DNA of 64,000 nt from NCBI GenBank assembly GCA_042408215.1, contig JAYFMW010000006.1, forward strand, positions 352,001 through 416,000, in the 5' to 3' direction. Both the position numbers and the translations under genes were made by a program. Positions within the stretch are counted from its first letter, which is position 1. Each line of letters starts with the position of its first letter. Below the pieces are notes generated by a model. That model had not been told where the DNA came from. It saw nothing but the letters and a program-made list of their open reading frames with translations, and made no database searches. Below, one piece after another: positions 10,238 through 20,435 of the stretch. The stretch is from Microcoleus sp. GTDB taxonomy: Bacteria; Cyanobacteriota; Cyanobacteriia; Cyanobacteriales; Microcoleaceae.

Positions 10238-11269
10238 TTAATCAAATCCGTGGCCAGAACCTCGAAGTTGAGTTTCGAGAGCTTTGATGTCAGAATCTAC
10301 CATTAAGTGAACTAACTCTTCAAACGTCACCGAAGGTTCCCACCCCAACTGCTGACGCGCCTTAGTCGAGTCGCCAATTAACAGTTCAACCTCTGCAGGA
10401 CGCAGGTAGCGTTCGTCAAACTCCACGTACTCGTGCCAATCTAAATTGACGTGCTTGAAAGCCAAATCTAGAAATTCTCGGATCGAATGGGTTTCGTTGG
10501 TAGCGATCACATAATCGTCTGGCTTGTCTTGCTGTAGCATCAGCCACATCGCTTTTATGTAATCCTTCGCATATCCCCAGTCGCGCTTGGAATCGAGATT
10601 GCCCAAGTAAAGCTTTTTCTGCTTCCCTGCTACAATTCTGGCTACAGCGCGAGTAATTTTGCGGGTGACAAAAGTTTCGCCACGGCGGGGAGATTCGTGG
10701 TTGAACAAAATCCCGTTACAGGCAAAAAGTCCGTAAGATTCGCGATAATTTATGGTCTGCCAGTGACCGTAAACTTTGGCGCAAGCATAAGGACTTCTGG
10801 GATAAAAAGGCGTTGTTTCTGTTTGCGGCACTTCCTGCACCAAACCAAACATTTCAGAAGAACCAGCTTGATAGAAACGCACTTCAATGCCAGTGCGGTG
10901 CTGATAGTCTCGAATTGCTTCTAGCAAGCGCAGCACGCCCATTCCCACGGTGTCAACGGTATATTCCGGGGAGTCAAAGCTAACTCTGACGTGGGATTGA
11001 GCGCCCAAGTTGAAAATTTCTGTAGGTTGGACTTCTTCGATAATCCGGCGCAGAGTAGTGCCGTCGGTCAAGTCGCCGTAGTGCAGAAACAACCGGGCGT
11101 CCTCGCTGTGAGGATCGACATAAATGTGGTCGATTCGATCGGTATTGAAACTAGAACTGCGCCGGATAATGCCGTGAACTTCATATCCCTTCTCTAACAG
11201 GAATTCGGTCAAGTAAGAACCGTCTTGACCTGTAATACCTGTGATTAGTGCTCGCTTCCGTTGCGTCAT
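10238..11269 (-). CDS. gmd: GDP-mannose 4,6-dehydratase
   Basis: [34 protein letters not shown]. Confidence 0.98.
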   Translation of the reverse strand: MTQRKRALITGITGQDGSYLTEFLLEKGYEVHGIIRRSSSFNTDRIDHIYVDPHSEDARLFLHYGDLTDGTTLRRIIEEVQPTEIFNLGAQSHVRVSFDSPEYTVDTVGMGVLRLLEAIRDYQHRTGIEVRFYQAGSSEMFGLVQEVPQTETTPFYPRSPYACAKVYGHWQTINYRESYGLFACNGILFNHESPRRGETFVTRKITRAVARIVAGKQKKLYLGNLDSKRDWGYAKDYIKAMWLMLQQDKPDDYVIATNETHSIREFLDLAFKHVNLDWHEYVEFDERYLRPAEVELLIGDSTKARQQLGWEPSVTFEELVHLMVDSDIKALETQLRGSGHGFD

Positions 11270-11492
11270 CTAAATTTTTCCTTTACTGACTTTAACTCAC
11301 AAAAAATTTACAGGGCAGGAGACTGTTGAGTTACCTGCCGACCGTATTCTCAAGTTCTACGTTAACTCAAAATTCCTCGATCGCCCTCAAGGATTTGTGC
11401 AAGTTTTTGCTCATACTTTGTATGGTCAGTCAGTAGTCAGAGTAATCAACAGTAGCAAAATCATCAAGCTGAGCGCTGACTACTGACAAAAA

Positions 11493-12224
11493 TTAGTAGG
11501 CGCCGTTATTTTTGGGAAAAATCACCACACCAATTGTTTTGAAAACGATCCACATATCCATCCAAAGGTTTTTGTCATTTGCATAATAGAGGTCTATCTG
11601 GACTCGGCGGGGATAAGGAATGTCATTGCGGCCCGATACTTGCCACAAGCCTGTAATGCCTGGTCTGATCGTCAAAATTTTGTTAATGTAACGGCCATAT
11701 CTCGGCAGTTCCTCCTCAACTAAAGGTCTCGGTCCTACAACACTCATATCTCCTTTGAGAACGTTCCAAAACTGGGGGAATTCATCTAAACTGGTCACTC
11801 GTAAAAATCTTCCAATCCAGGTAATTCGAGGGTCTTGTTTCAGCTTGAAATTGTCTTCAAACTCTTGACGCAGATGCGGGGATTTTTCGATGAGTTCTAG
11901 CAATACATCGTCCGCATTTTCCACCATCGTCCGGAATTTAAGGCAATAGAACATTTTGCGGTTTTTGCCTACTCGTTCCTGCACGTAAAAAATCGGTCCG
12001 GGCGAGCTTAAGGCAATGGAAAGAGCCAAAAGCAGGTAAACCGGGGCAAACAGGATCAGAACCGAGAGGGAAAACAGTATGTCAAATAACCGCTTGAAAA
12101 ATTCTCCGTCGAGGCTAGTCTGAGAAAGACTGATGCGTCTGTCTCTACGCAAAACAGGCCCAAAACCACGTCTCGCGATCGCTCGAATTACCTTGCCGGA
12201 GATTAGTTGGCTGTCGGCAGTCAT
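11493..12224 (-). CDS. Bacterial sugar transferase (initiating undecaprenyl-phosphate glycosylphosphotransferase)
   Basis: KRLFDI, KFRTM, DPRIT, SLDEFPQFWNVLKGDMSVVGPRP, PGITGLWQV. Confidence 0.93.
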   Translation of the reverse strand: MTADSQLISGKVIRAIARRGFGPVLRRDRRISLSQTSLDGEFFKRLFDILFSLSVLILFAPVYLLLALSIALSSPGPIFYVQERVGKNRKMFYCLKFRTMVENADDVLLELIEKSPHLRQEFEDNFKLKQDPRITWIGRFLRVTSLDEFPQFWNVLKGDMSVVGPRPLVEEELPRYGRYINKILTIRPGITGLWQVSGRNDIPYPRRVQIDLYYANDKNLWMDMWIVFKTIGVVIFPKNNGAY

Positions 12225-12329
12225 CTTACTCCTTCACTTCACACCACACACAGTCTCGATCATAAAGCCTCAAGACGCTTTGTTCGATCAAATAATGTTT
12301 CCAATACCCAATTTTTTAACGCAGTGGGG

Positions 12330-12445
12330 CAGAAGGAAGAAGGAACAGGGAAGAAGGAACAGGGAAGAAGGAACAAAGAAGAGGGAAAAAGGAAGAGAAT
12401 TCCCCAGGCACCAGGCACCATGCCCCATGCCCCATGCCCCATCTC
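12330..12445 (+). repeat. STRR-like tracts (GAAGAAG/GAACAGG)n and (CCCATGC)n
   Basis: Direct tandem heptamers; they generate several spurious ORFs. Confidence 0.8.
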
Positions 12446-12450
12446 CCCGT

Positions 12451-13626
12451 TTAACTCCCAGGCTGGGTAAAATCAAGTCCGTGGAATTCCTGATAGCACT
12501 GTTCCACAAAAGCTAGATAGCGCTGTTCAAAGACTTCTGGGGCAAACTGGGCGCTGTGGGCGCGCCCCATTTCTGGCTGAAATTTCCCTGACAACTGCTC
12601 AAATGCCTCCACAGTTTCCACTAATGCTGCTTCGGTTTGGTCAGCAAAAAATAAACCAGTCCCTGTCTTTGGGTGTTGGCGAATGTCGAGCACTGTTTCC
12701 AAGGCGCCGCCTCCTGCATAGGCAATTACCGGTGTTCCGCAAGCTTGAGCTTCTACTAAAGCTATGCCAAAATCTTCGCAAGCTGCATACACAAAAGCTT
12801 TTGCCTCGGCCATGTACTGTTCTACTACCTCTGTTGGCTGGTGGCCGAGGATTTGCACGTTGGGTTTGGCTATGTGCCGAATCATGTCTAACTCTGGCCC
12901 TGTACCGATTACGACCAGATTACGCCCCAATTTATTGAAGGCTTTGACGATTAAAGAGATTTTTTTGTAACTTACCAACCGGCAAACTGTCACGTAAAAA
13001 TCTTGTTTCTGCGGCAAGAAGGGAAATCGCTGAATATTGACCGGCGGATAAATCACCTCAGCGCGTCGCCGGTAACACCGCCAAATCCGGCGCGCTGTGT
13101 GTTGGGAGTTGGCGATGAAATAATCGACGCGGTTGGCGGAAATTGCGTCCCACTGGCGCAGTCGGTGCAGCAAATATCGCGTCAGCACCCCTGGGATGCC
13201 CCGTCCGGCTTTGCTATTGTGCAAATAGTCAAAAGTCAAGTCCCAGGCGTAACGCATGGGTGTGTGGCAGTAGCAGACGTGTAGTTGCCCTGGACTGCTG
13301 AGGATGCCTTTGGCGACGGCGTGGGAGGATGAGAGGATGATGTCATATTCGCGTAAATCTAGTTGTTCGATCGCGATCGGCAGCAAGGGCAAATATTTTT
13401 GAACACCGCTGCGGGCGAAGGGAAAGTGCTGCAAAAATGTTGTGCCAATCTGTCGTTTGAAAAGATAGCTTTCGGGATTGACTGATTCAAAGTCGATGAG
13501 GGCATAGACATCAGCGTCTATGTATTTGAGGATTTCCTGCACTACCAATTCTGAACCGCCAGTGGCTAAGGGCGTTAACCATTCGTGAACCAGGGCGTAT
13601 TTGAGTTTTTCCACAGCAGATTTCAA
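12451..13626 (-). CDS. Glycosyltransferase family 4
   Basis: HEWL..GGSE, CYCHTPMRYAW, EDFGIALVEAQACGTPVIA. Confidence 0.92.
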   Translation of the reverse strand: MKSAVEKLKYALVHEWLTPLATGGSELVVQEILKYIDADVYALIDFESVNPESYLFKRQIGTTFLQHFPFARSGVQKYLPLLPIAIEQLDLREYDIILSSSHAVAKGILSSPGQLHVCYCHTPMRYAWDLTFDYLHNSKAGRGIPGVLTRYLLHRLRQWDAISANRVDYFIANSQHTARRIWRCYRRRAEVIYPPVNIQRFPFLPQKQDFYVTVCRLVSYKKISLIVKAFNKLGRNLVVIGTGPELDMIRHIAKPNVQILGHQPTEVVEQYMAEAKAFVYAACEDFGIALVEAQACGTPVIAYAGGGALETVLDIRQHPKTGTGLFFADQTEAALVETVEAFEQLSGKFQPEMGRAHSAQFAPEVFEQRYLAFVEQCYQEFHGLDFTQPGS

Positions 13627-13681
13627 TGAACTTCCTCACCTAATCACAATTTTCGATATCCTAATCCTTGATTTACGGTAA

Positions 13682-13717
13682 CAGTTGGCAGTTGGCAGTT
13701 GGCAGTTGGCAGTTGGC
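13682..13717 (+). repeat. STRR (CAGTTGG)n
   Basis: Five tandem heptamers. Confidence 0.85.
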
Positions 13718-13873
13718 GTAGAAAATTCTCTCCCCCTCTCTGGCTCTCCCTTGTTTTGAAAATATGACTCTGCTTGTTGACAAGACTACTTTTAGGCTAA
13801 ATACTGAAGGGGATTTACGATCGCCCGGATCACAGATTTGGGCGATCGGCTCAATGTGGTGTGAGGTAAAAAT

Positions 13874-15967
13874 ATGTCCAGAATTTTGTGGAAAGGGTTC
13901 TTAGTCAGTCCCGCTGTATTGGCAGCAAGTTTGCTAGTGTCTTATACTGCCCTAGCAGCAGAGCCACCTGTCGAAATTTCGGTGGTCACGAAAGCAAATT
14001 ATTTGCAATTAGCAGATTCTGTAACTGAGGCAGTAAAGCCTGAACCCGATGCGGTGAAAGCGGAGCCAGTGTCACTAGCTAGCAACTCGACTATTGAAAC
14101 TATTGAAACTATTGAGAATCAAGAAGGGGCGATCGCTCCTATTGACCCGGTTGCAGAACAGGCAAAAGAACCGTCCAACACAGTTGCAGCAGCAGATTTA
14201 GCCGAAACGCCACCCGCAGCCGCACCGACGAGTTTAAGTGCCGAACAACCAGTCGCCGAACCCAGCAGCACAGTTGTACCAGCTAATTTAAGCGAAACGC
14301 CAGCTGCCGCCGCACCCAGTACCGCAGTTGTACCAGCTAATTTAAGTGCAGAAAAACCAGCAGCACAACCAGAGCAGATTTCCCAATCAACTCCTCTGAC
14401 TGTCGAATCTCAATCGCAGTCAAACTCTTTAGAGCAAATTAATCAGTACAGCGCCGAAGGTAGCGACGAAAGTGCTGCGGGCCAAGTAACCTCGGTTTCG
14501 CAACTGTCTGACGTGCGGCCTACAGATTGGGCGTTCCAAGCTTTGCAATCCCTAGTAGAGCGCTATGGCTGTATCGCTGGCTATCCTGACGGTACTTTCC
14601 GCGGCAACCGGGCGATGACTCGCTACGAGTTTGCGGCGGGTTTAAATGCGTGTTTGGATAAAGTGACAGAGCTAATTAAAGGTACAGGAAATCTGGCAAC
14701 TAAAGAAGATTTAGCTTCTATCCAAAGGTTGCAAGAAGAATTTGCCGCCGAATTGGCAACTTTGCGCGGCCGCGTAGATGCTCTGGAAGCGCGCACGGCT
14801 GAATTAGAAGCAAATCAGTTTTCGACTACTACTAAACTCAATGGCGAAGTGATATTCGCTTTGACAGGCATCGCTGGTGGAGATGATGCTAATGGTAACG
14901 CAGCCGATAAAACGACGGCTTTTGGCAGCAGGGTTCGTCTCAATTTCGACACGAGTTTCTCTGGCAAAGATTTGCTGAGAACTCGATTGCAAGTTTTAAA
15001 TTTGGGTTCGTTTTCTACTAATAATACGAACACTGCTGAAGGGGAATTGCGGTTTAATGCTGGGCCTTTTGGAACAGCTAGCAATACTGTAGCTCTAGAT
15101 GCGCTGCTTTATCAATTCCCGATCGGCAAAAGCACGACTGTAATTCTCGAAGCTAATGCCGGTGCTGCTGACGATTTCACCAATACTGTCAACCCATACT
15201 TTGACGGAGATGGTGGCAGCGGTGCTCTTTCTAACTTCGGTACTCGCAACCCGATTTACTATTTGATTGGCGGTTCTGGTATCGCCCTCAAACACCAGTT
15301 TGGGGAAAAAGTCGAACTGAGTTTGGGATATTTGGCCAGCAATGCTGCGAACCCGACGCGGGGAAATGGTTTGTTTAACGGCCCTTACGGCGGTTTGGCT
15401 CAGTTGACTTTTAAACCGAGCAGCAGCATCGCTTTAGGTTTAACTTACGTTAATTCCTACAACTTCGTCACGGGTACGGGCAGTAATGCTTCTAATTTCC
15501 CTCGTCTCGGTTCTTTCGGATTCGTTGGTAGCAGCGATCTGCCGGTTTCTAGCAATTCTTACGGCGCGGAGGCTTCGTGGCGATTGAACCGTGGATTTGC
15601 GATCGGCGGTTGGGCTGGTTACACCAATCAGCGCATTTTATCTAACTTGGCAACTTCTACCGGTTCTGTCCAGCGGGGAGACCAGAAAATCTGGAACTGG
15701 GCTGTTACTTTGGCTTTTCCCGATTTGTTGAAAGAGGGAAATGTGGGGGGAATTCTGGTAGGTATGGAACCGAGGGTGACGAGTTCTACTAATTCGACTT
15801 TACCGAAAGATAAGGATACTTCGCTGCACGTTGAAGGTTTTTATCAGTTTAAGTTGAGTGACAATATTTCGGTCACTCCTGGTTTAATTTGGCTGACTGC
15901 TCCCGACCACAATAACAAGAATTCCGATTTGGTGATTGGCGTGGTTAGGACGACTTTTACTTTCTAG
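13874..15967 (+). CDS. Cyanobacterial SLH-domain porin (OprB-like, iron uptake porin family)
   Basis: QVTSVSQLSDVRPTDWAFQALQSLVERYGCIAGYPD SLH domain, coiled coil, FSTTTKL, C-terminal RTTFTF. Confidence 0.95.
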   Translation: MSRILWKGFLVSPAVLAASLLVSYTALAAEPPVEISVVTKANYLQLADSVTEAVKPEPDAVKAEPVSLASNSTIETIETIENQEGAIAPIDPVAEQAKEPSNTVAAADLAETPPAAAPTSLSAEQPVAEPSSTVVPANLSETPAAAAPSTAVVPANLSAEKPAAQPEQISQSTPLTVESQSQSNSLEQINQYSAEGSDESAAGQVTSVSQLSDVRPTDWAFQALQSLVERYGCIAGYPDGTFRGNRAMTRYEFAAGLNACLDKVTELIKGTGNLATKEDLASIQRLQEEFAAELATLRGRVDALEARTAELEANQFSTTTKLNGEVIFALTGIAGGDDANGNAADKTTAFGSRVRLNFDTSFSGKDLLRTRLQVLNLGSFSTNNTNTAEGELRFNAGPFGTASNTVALDALLYQFPIGKSTTVILEANAGAADDFTNTVNPYFDGDGGSGALSNFGTRNPIYYLIGGSGIALKHQFGEKVELSLGYLASNAANPTRGNGLFNGPYGGLAQLTFKPSSSIALGLTYVNSYNFVTGTGSNASNFPRLGSFGFVGSSDLPVSSNSYGAEASWRLNRGFAIGGWAGYTNQRILSNLATSTGSVQRGDQKIWNWAVTLAFPDLLKEGNVGGILVGMEPRVTSSTNSTLPKDKDTSLHVEGFYQFKLSDNISVTPGLIWLTAPDHNNKNSDLVIGVVRTTFTF

Positions 15968-16406
15968 GTTGGCTGGGCTGATGATAGCCTTTCGTCTGCT
16001 CAAAAATGGCGATCGCATTCTGGCATAAAACTTTGGGTTTGACTCAATAATTTATTGCCAAAATGCGAGATAAGTAAGCCCATATTAAAAAACAGAATCC
16101 CCAGCTCCCCGAATTCTTTAAGAAGTCTGGTATCTATTTTTGATGGGTTATTTTAGATGGGTTATTTGTTATTTTAGGACTTAGATCAAATCCGTTGGTA
16201 TCGGAATTATTCATCTCTCTCTTCTGGAGACTCAGCGCCCTAGAAGAGCCCTAGAAGAGTTTAATCATTCAGAAACAACCGTAAACGATATTACGCACAG
16301 ACTCTATTTGTAGGGTGCTTAGGGGCGCACCAAACTAATTACAAACCTGATAGAATTGGGCTATAGTGAAAAGCACAAACAAGCTCAAAATTAGCTGCGA
16401 TCGAGA

Positions 16407-18200
16407 ATGATCAAATTTTTAGGATTACTTGTGTTGGGGATGATCTTGGCGATCGCCTCTGTAGCTGTGGCTGCTCAACCTTTGTTTGTGGCTTATCCTC
16501 CCGCTAACCACCAAACGACAGCCTCGCGCATCTTTTTAATCGGCACAGCACCCGCAACGGGAGATGTTTCGGTAAATGGCAACCGGATTTCGCGCACCGC
16601 AGTCGGTCATTTTGCCCCAAGTTTTCCCCTACAAATCGGAGAAAATCTCTTTACATTGCGTTACGAAAATCAGGAAGTCAAAATTCAGGTAAAGCGGCAG
16701 TCGAATCAGCCGGAAGTGCCTGTAGGATTGGCTTTTGCTAAAGATTCCCTGACTCCGAAAGTGGATCTGGCGAGTTTACCGGGGGAATATATCTGTTTTG
16801 GGGCGATCGCACCTGTGAATGCTGAGGTTTCGGTAAAATTGGCTGGGCTTACTATTCCTTTAAAAGCGCGATCGCAAGTCGAACTACCAGATAATAAATC
16901 TGTCTTGTTAGGGGAAAATTCCCCGATTAAAAAAGGTGGCAGCGAACAATATCAAGGCTGTGCTAAAACTCCCGCCAACTCCCAGCTACCTAACAGCAAA
17001 AAAGTAGATTTAGGAGTGCCATTGTTTGAGCTAACAATGAACGATCAAACTATCAGCCAGGAGGGTAATGGCAAGATTTCTATTCTCTCTCCGGCAGAGT
17101 TAGAAGTAGCAGAAGTGACAGCAGAAGCGGGTGTTGCCAGAACCGGGGCGAGTACGGATTTTTCTCGGATGACACCGCTGCCCAAGGGAACGCGAGCAAC
17201 AATTACTGGACGCGAAGGAGAATGGATTCGACTAGATTACGGTGCTTGGATTAAAGCATCAGAAGTGCAAATTGTCAAGGATGCAGTGCCTCCGCGATCG
17301 ATTATTCGCAGCGCGCGATCGCGCCAAGTTCCCGGTTGGACAGAGGTATTATTCCCCTTAGAAATACCCGTCCCTGTCACCGTCCAGTCAGGAGAAAAAA
17401 CTTTCACTTTAACACTGTACAATACTACCGCTCAAACTGACATTATTCGCCTCGATGATGACCCCGTAATTTCACGTTTGGCATGGCAACAAATATCGCC
17501 GCTGCAAGTACAATACACTTTTAATCTCAAATCGGCTCAGCAGTGGGGTTATAAGTTGAGATATGATGGCACAACTTTAGTGCTGTCTCTAAAGCATCCC
17601 CCAGTTAGATCGGGCAAGATGCCCGATCCACAAAAACAGCCGCTGTCAGGAATTAAAATACTTTTAGATCCTGGACATGGTGGGCCGCAGGATTCAGGTG
17701 CAGTGAGTCCAACTGGAATTAGGGAGAAAACAGTGGCTTTAATTGTGTCTAAATTGGTGCGGGAAGAGTTGGTAAATCGGGGTGCGAATGTGGTAATGAC
17801 GCGGGTGGAAGATGTGGATTTGGATTTGCCGCCAAGGGTTGAGATGATTCAAAAAGAAGCACCGGCGATCGCAATTTCTATTCATTACAATGCTTTGCCC
17901 GATAACGGCGACGCGATTAATACTAAAGGAGTTGGTGCTTTTTGGTTTCACCCGCAAGCGCACAGTTTAGCAATGTTTTTGCACAATTATTTAGTTGCTA
18001 AATTGAACCGTCCGAGCTATGGTGTATTCTGGAACAACCTAGCAATGACTCGTCCAGCCGTTGCTCCATCTGTTTTAATGGAATTGGGATTTATGATTAA
18101 TCCCGAGGAGTTTGAATGGATTGTGAACCAGACAGAACAGAAGAAGTTAGCAGAGGCGATCGCCCAAGGTATTACCGAATGGTTTGCCTCTGTTCAATAA
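16407..18200 (+). CDS. N-acetylmuramoyl-L-alanine amidase (Amidase_3) with SH3-like region
   Basis: LDPGHGG, E in IREK, ISIHYNA, PSVLMELGF. Confidence 0.92.
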   Translation: MIKFLGLLVLGMILAIASVAVAAQPLFVAYPPANHQTTASRIFLIGTAPATGDVSVNGNRISRTAVGHFAPSFPLQIGENLFTLRYENQEVKIQVKRQSNQPEVPVGLAFAKDSLTPKVDLASLPGEYICFGAIAPVNAEVSVKLAGLTIPLKARSQVELPDNKSVLLGENSPIKKGGSEQYQGCAKTPANSQLPNSKKVDLGVPLFELTMNDQTISQEGNGKISILSPAELEVAEVTAEAGVARTGASTDFSRMTPLPKGTRATITGREGEWIRLDYGAWIKASEVQIVKDAVPPRSIIRSARSRQVPGWTEVLFPLEIPVPVTVQSGEKTFTLTLYNTTAQTDIIRLDDDPVISRLAWQQISPLQVQYTFNLKSAQQWGYKLRYDGTTLVLSLKHPPVRSGKMPDPQKQPLSGIKILLDPGHGGPQDSGAVSPTGIREKTVALIVSKLVREELVNRGANVVMTRVEDVDLDLPPRVEMIQKEAPAIAISIHYNALPDNGDAINTKGVGAFWFHPQAHSLAMFLHNYLVAKLNRPSYGVFWNNLAMTRPAVAPSVLMELGFMINPEEFEWIVNQTEQKKLAEAIAQGITEWFASVQ

Positions 18201-18253
18201 CAGACAGTTCGTAGTCATGACTTTAGTCCTGTAAAAACAAGGAGATTCAATAG

Positions 18254-18649
18254 ATGCTGAATTTTAGTCAATGTAAAGCGTTATTCATTGCAGCCGCGAT
18301 CGCAAGTTTTAGTTTCTCTCTTGTCAGTTATCCAGTTTTCGGCAAAGAGCAAACTCTTGCGCCGGAAAAAGTAGAAGCTTTAAAACAGCAAACTAAATGC
18401 TCTTTTATTAACGTCAAAAGCGGTCGTGTTAACATTCGTAAAGGCCCTGGCAATCAGTACCCAGTTGTTGTTAAACTGAAAAGAGGAGACGGAGTTAGGG
18501 CTGTTAGCCGACAAGGCAATTGGGTGAAAATTGCGGCTAGATTTACTGGGAATCCTCCCAATGAAAGTTTTGTACTCCTTGACGGTTGGGTGAACAATCA
18601 ATATATTAATGGTTGTTCGGAAGATCAATTTGATATGTGGCGGAAATAG
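18254..18649 (+). CDS. Secreted SH3b-domain protein
   Basis: Signal peptide; VNIRKGPG..YPVV, GNWVKI, GWV. Confidence 0.85.
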   Translation: MLNFSQCKALFIAAAIASFSFSLVSYPVFGKEQTLAPEKVEALKQQTKCSFINVKSGRVNIRKGPGNQYPVVVKLKRGDGVRAVSRQGNWVKIAARFTGNPPNESFVLLDGWVNNQYINGCSEDQFDMWRK

Positions 18650-18660
18650 CGAATTTCGTA

Positions 18661-18924
18661 GTAGGGGCGGGTCTGACGAGATTGTCGATTATTGACAATA
18701 ATTGTTGGTGAAACCCGCCCCGACAATTATGGGGAAAATGTACATTCTGATTTACCGTTGGGTGGGGGCGGGTTTACGAGATTGTCGATTATTCACAATT
18801 ATTGTTGGTGAAACCCGCCCCGACAATTCTGGGGAAAATGTACATTCTGATTTACCGTTGGGTGGGGGCGGGTTTGAGAGATTGTCGATTATTCACAATT
18901 ATTGTTGGTGAAACCCGCCCCTAC
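18661..18924 (+). repeat. Tandem array (about 100-bp period, about 2.6 units) of GTAGGGGCGGGT...ACCCGCCCCTAC REP-like palindromes
   Basis: Three near-identical palindromic units separated by an identical linker. Confidence 0.9.
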
Positions 18925-19051
18925 GAGATCATGGTAAAATGTAGGCCGATCGCCAGCAACACAACCTCCTTGTTGCTATGAAAATTCCTACTTTTTCTAA
19001 CTTAGTCGCCGGAGTTGCTCTTAAACTTCCCCTGCGAACAGTCCTGATTGT

Positions 19052-20435
19052 CCGCTCTGAAAAACTTACCCAAAACCAGACAAACCCCGACAAACCGGAG
19101 ATTAAATAGTTTTAGTGTTTTCTTCCTGCTTCTCACGGTCGGTAATCCGATCCCATCCACAGGCCGATCGCCCGTAAGCTACGGGCTGTACAAGGAAAGT
19201 TTTAAAACTCTTAAACCTTCGTATTTTAAATTAACGGCGGCATTTTCATCTCTATCTTGGACATGACCACAGTTTTCACACTTATATATTCTATCAGCAA
19301 GAGTCAAATCTTGTTTATGTCCACAATTAGAACATGATTTAGAAGACGGATACCAGCGGTCAACTATTACTAAATGTGAACCATACAACTGGCATTTATA
19401 TTCCAACTGTCTTCGGAATTCAAACAAACCTAAATCGGCTATAGCGCGAAGCTCATTTAGGGTTTTTCAGCATCCCTTTAACGTTTAAATCTTCAATACA
19501 GATCGCATCAAAAGTTTTGGCCAGCCATGTAGTTAATTTGTGCAGATAGTCTTTTCTGATATTCGCAACGTGCGAATGAAACCGTCCTAATTTAATCTTT
19601 GCTTCCTGATAAGATCCGGTTCCTTTTTGCTGGCGACTAAGTGACCGAGATAATTGTCTAAGTCTTCCTAGAGCCGCTTTCAAAGGTTTTATATTGGGGA
19701 TAACTTGACCATTGCTCAACGTAGCCAGTGATTTAATTCCCAGATCAACACCTACAACTTCGATTGGTTCTCTCATTGGCTGTGACGGTGTTTCTCTCTT
19801 GAAACTTACAAACCACTTATCTGCTTTTTTACTAATGGTGAAACTTTTAACTTTTCCCAAAGCTGGTAATTTCTCAAAAGTTCTGACCTTACCAATATTA
19901 GGAATCTGTACCCAAGTAGAACCCACAATTGTGGAACCATCACAAGTAAAACTATCGTTAAATCCTTTCTTTTTGAAGTTGGGAAATCCCTTTTCTGGTT
20001 GTTTAAAGAAATTGTTTAAAGCATCTCTAACATGGCGGGTAGCATAATTATGACATCCTTTCGACACTTCATAAGTCCAAGGGTTTTCTGATTTTACCTC
20101 AGCCGTAAATCGCTTATTCAGATCTATGGCAGTTGGTAATTTAATTTGGTTTTCTGGTTGAGTTTTATGATGTTCTAAGCTGGTAATTAAAACTTGAAGT
20201 CCCCAATTATAAGCATATCTAGCTACCCCTGCTGATTTAGCCAGCAAAGTACGTTGTTTATTGTTGGGGTTAAGTTCGGTTTTAAAACCTAGCAGCATTT
20301 TACGAACTGTCAAAGCGAATGCTAATTTCAGTTTAATGATTATATCATGCTTTGTCAATCAACTATAAATGTGTTCTCGTAGCTGGGTCGGAAAAAGTCC
20401 AGAATGTCTGGGTAATTTACGTCCTGGACAATACC
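19052..20435 (-). mobile_element. Non-autonomous IS607-type element carrying only tnpB
   Basis: CC core at both junctions (19052-53, 20434-35); short repeated CAAA-C/AGACA motifs at the ends; removing it restores ATT GTC CCC TTC. Confidence 0.85.
19179..20298 (-). pseudogene. tnpB: TnpB, nonsense codon plus frameshift at about 19445-19455
   Basis: GFKTELNPN, VGVDLG, IEDLNVKGM, then in another frame RAIADLGLFEFRRQLEYK, PSSKSCSNCG, DRDENAA. Confidence 0.9.

Noticed and set aside
12133..12516. Several overlapping short ORFs
   Set aside because: Products of heptamer repeats (PCPMPHA, EEGTGK) overlapping real genes
13777..13805. Sigma70 promoter for the porin (TTGACA)
   Set aside because: No convincing -10 box at 16-18 bp spacing; cannot be supported without TSS data
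18661..18924. Possible CRISPR array / 69-aa ORF
   Set aside because: Interiors and linkers are near-identical between units, so it is a tandem repeat
20369..20433. GTG start of the 397-aa Cache ORF
   Set aside because: Lies within the IS607-type element end; the true N-terminus is at 18978
19052..20435. IStron (self-splicing) interpretation
   Set aside because: The element is antisense to the host gene and has too little non-coding space for a group I intron core
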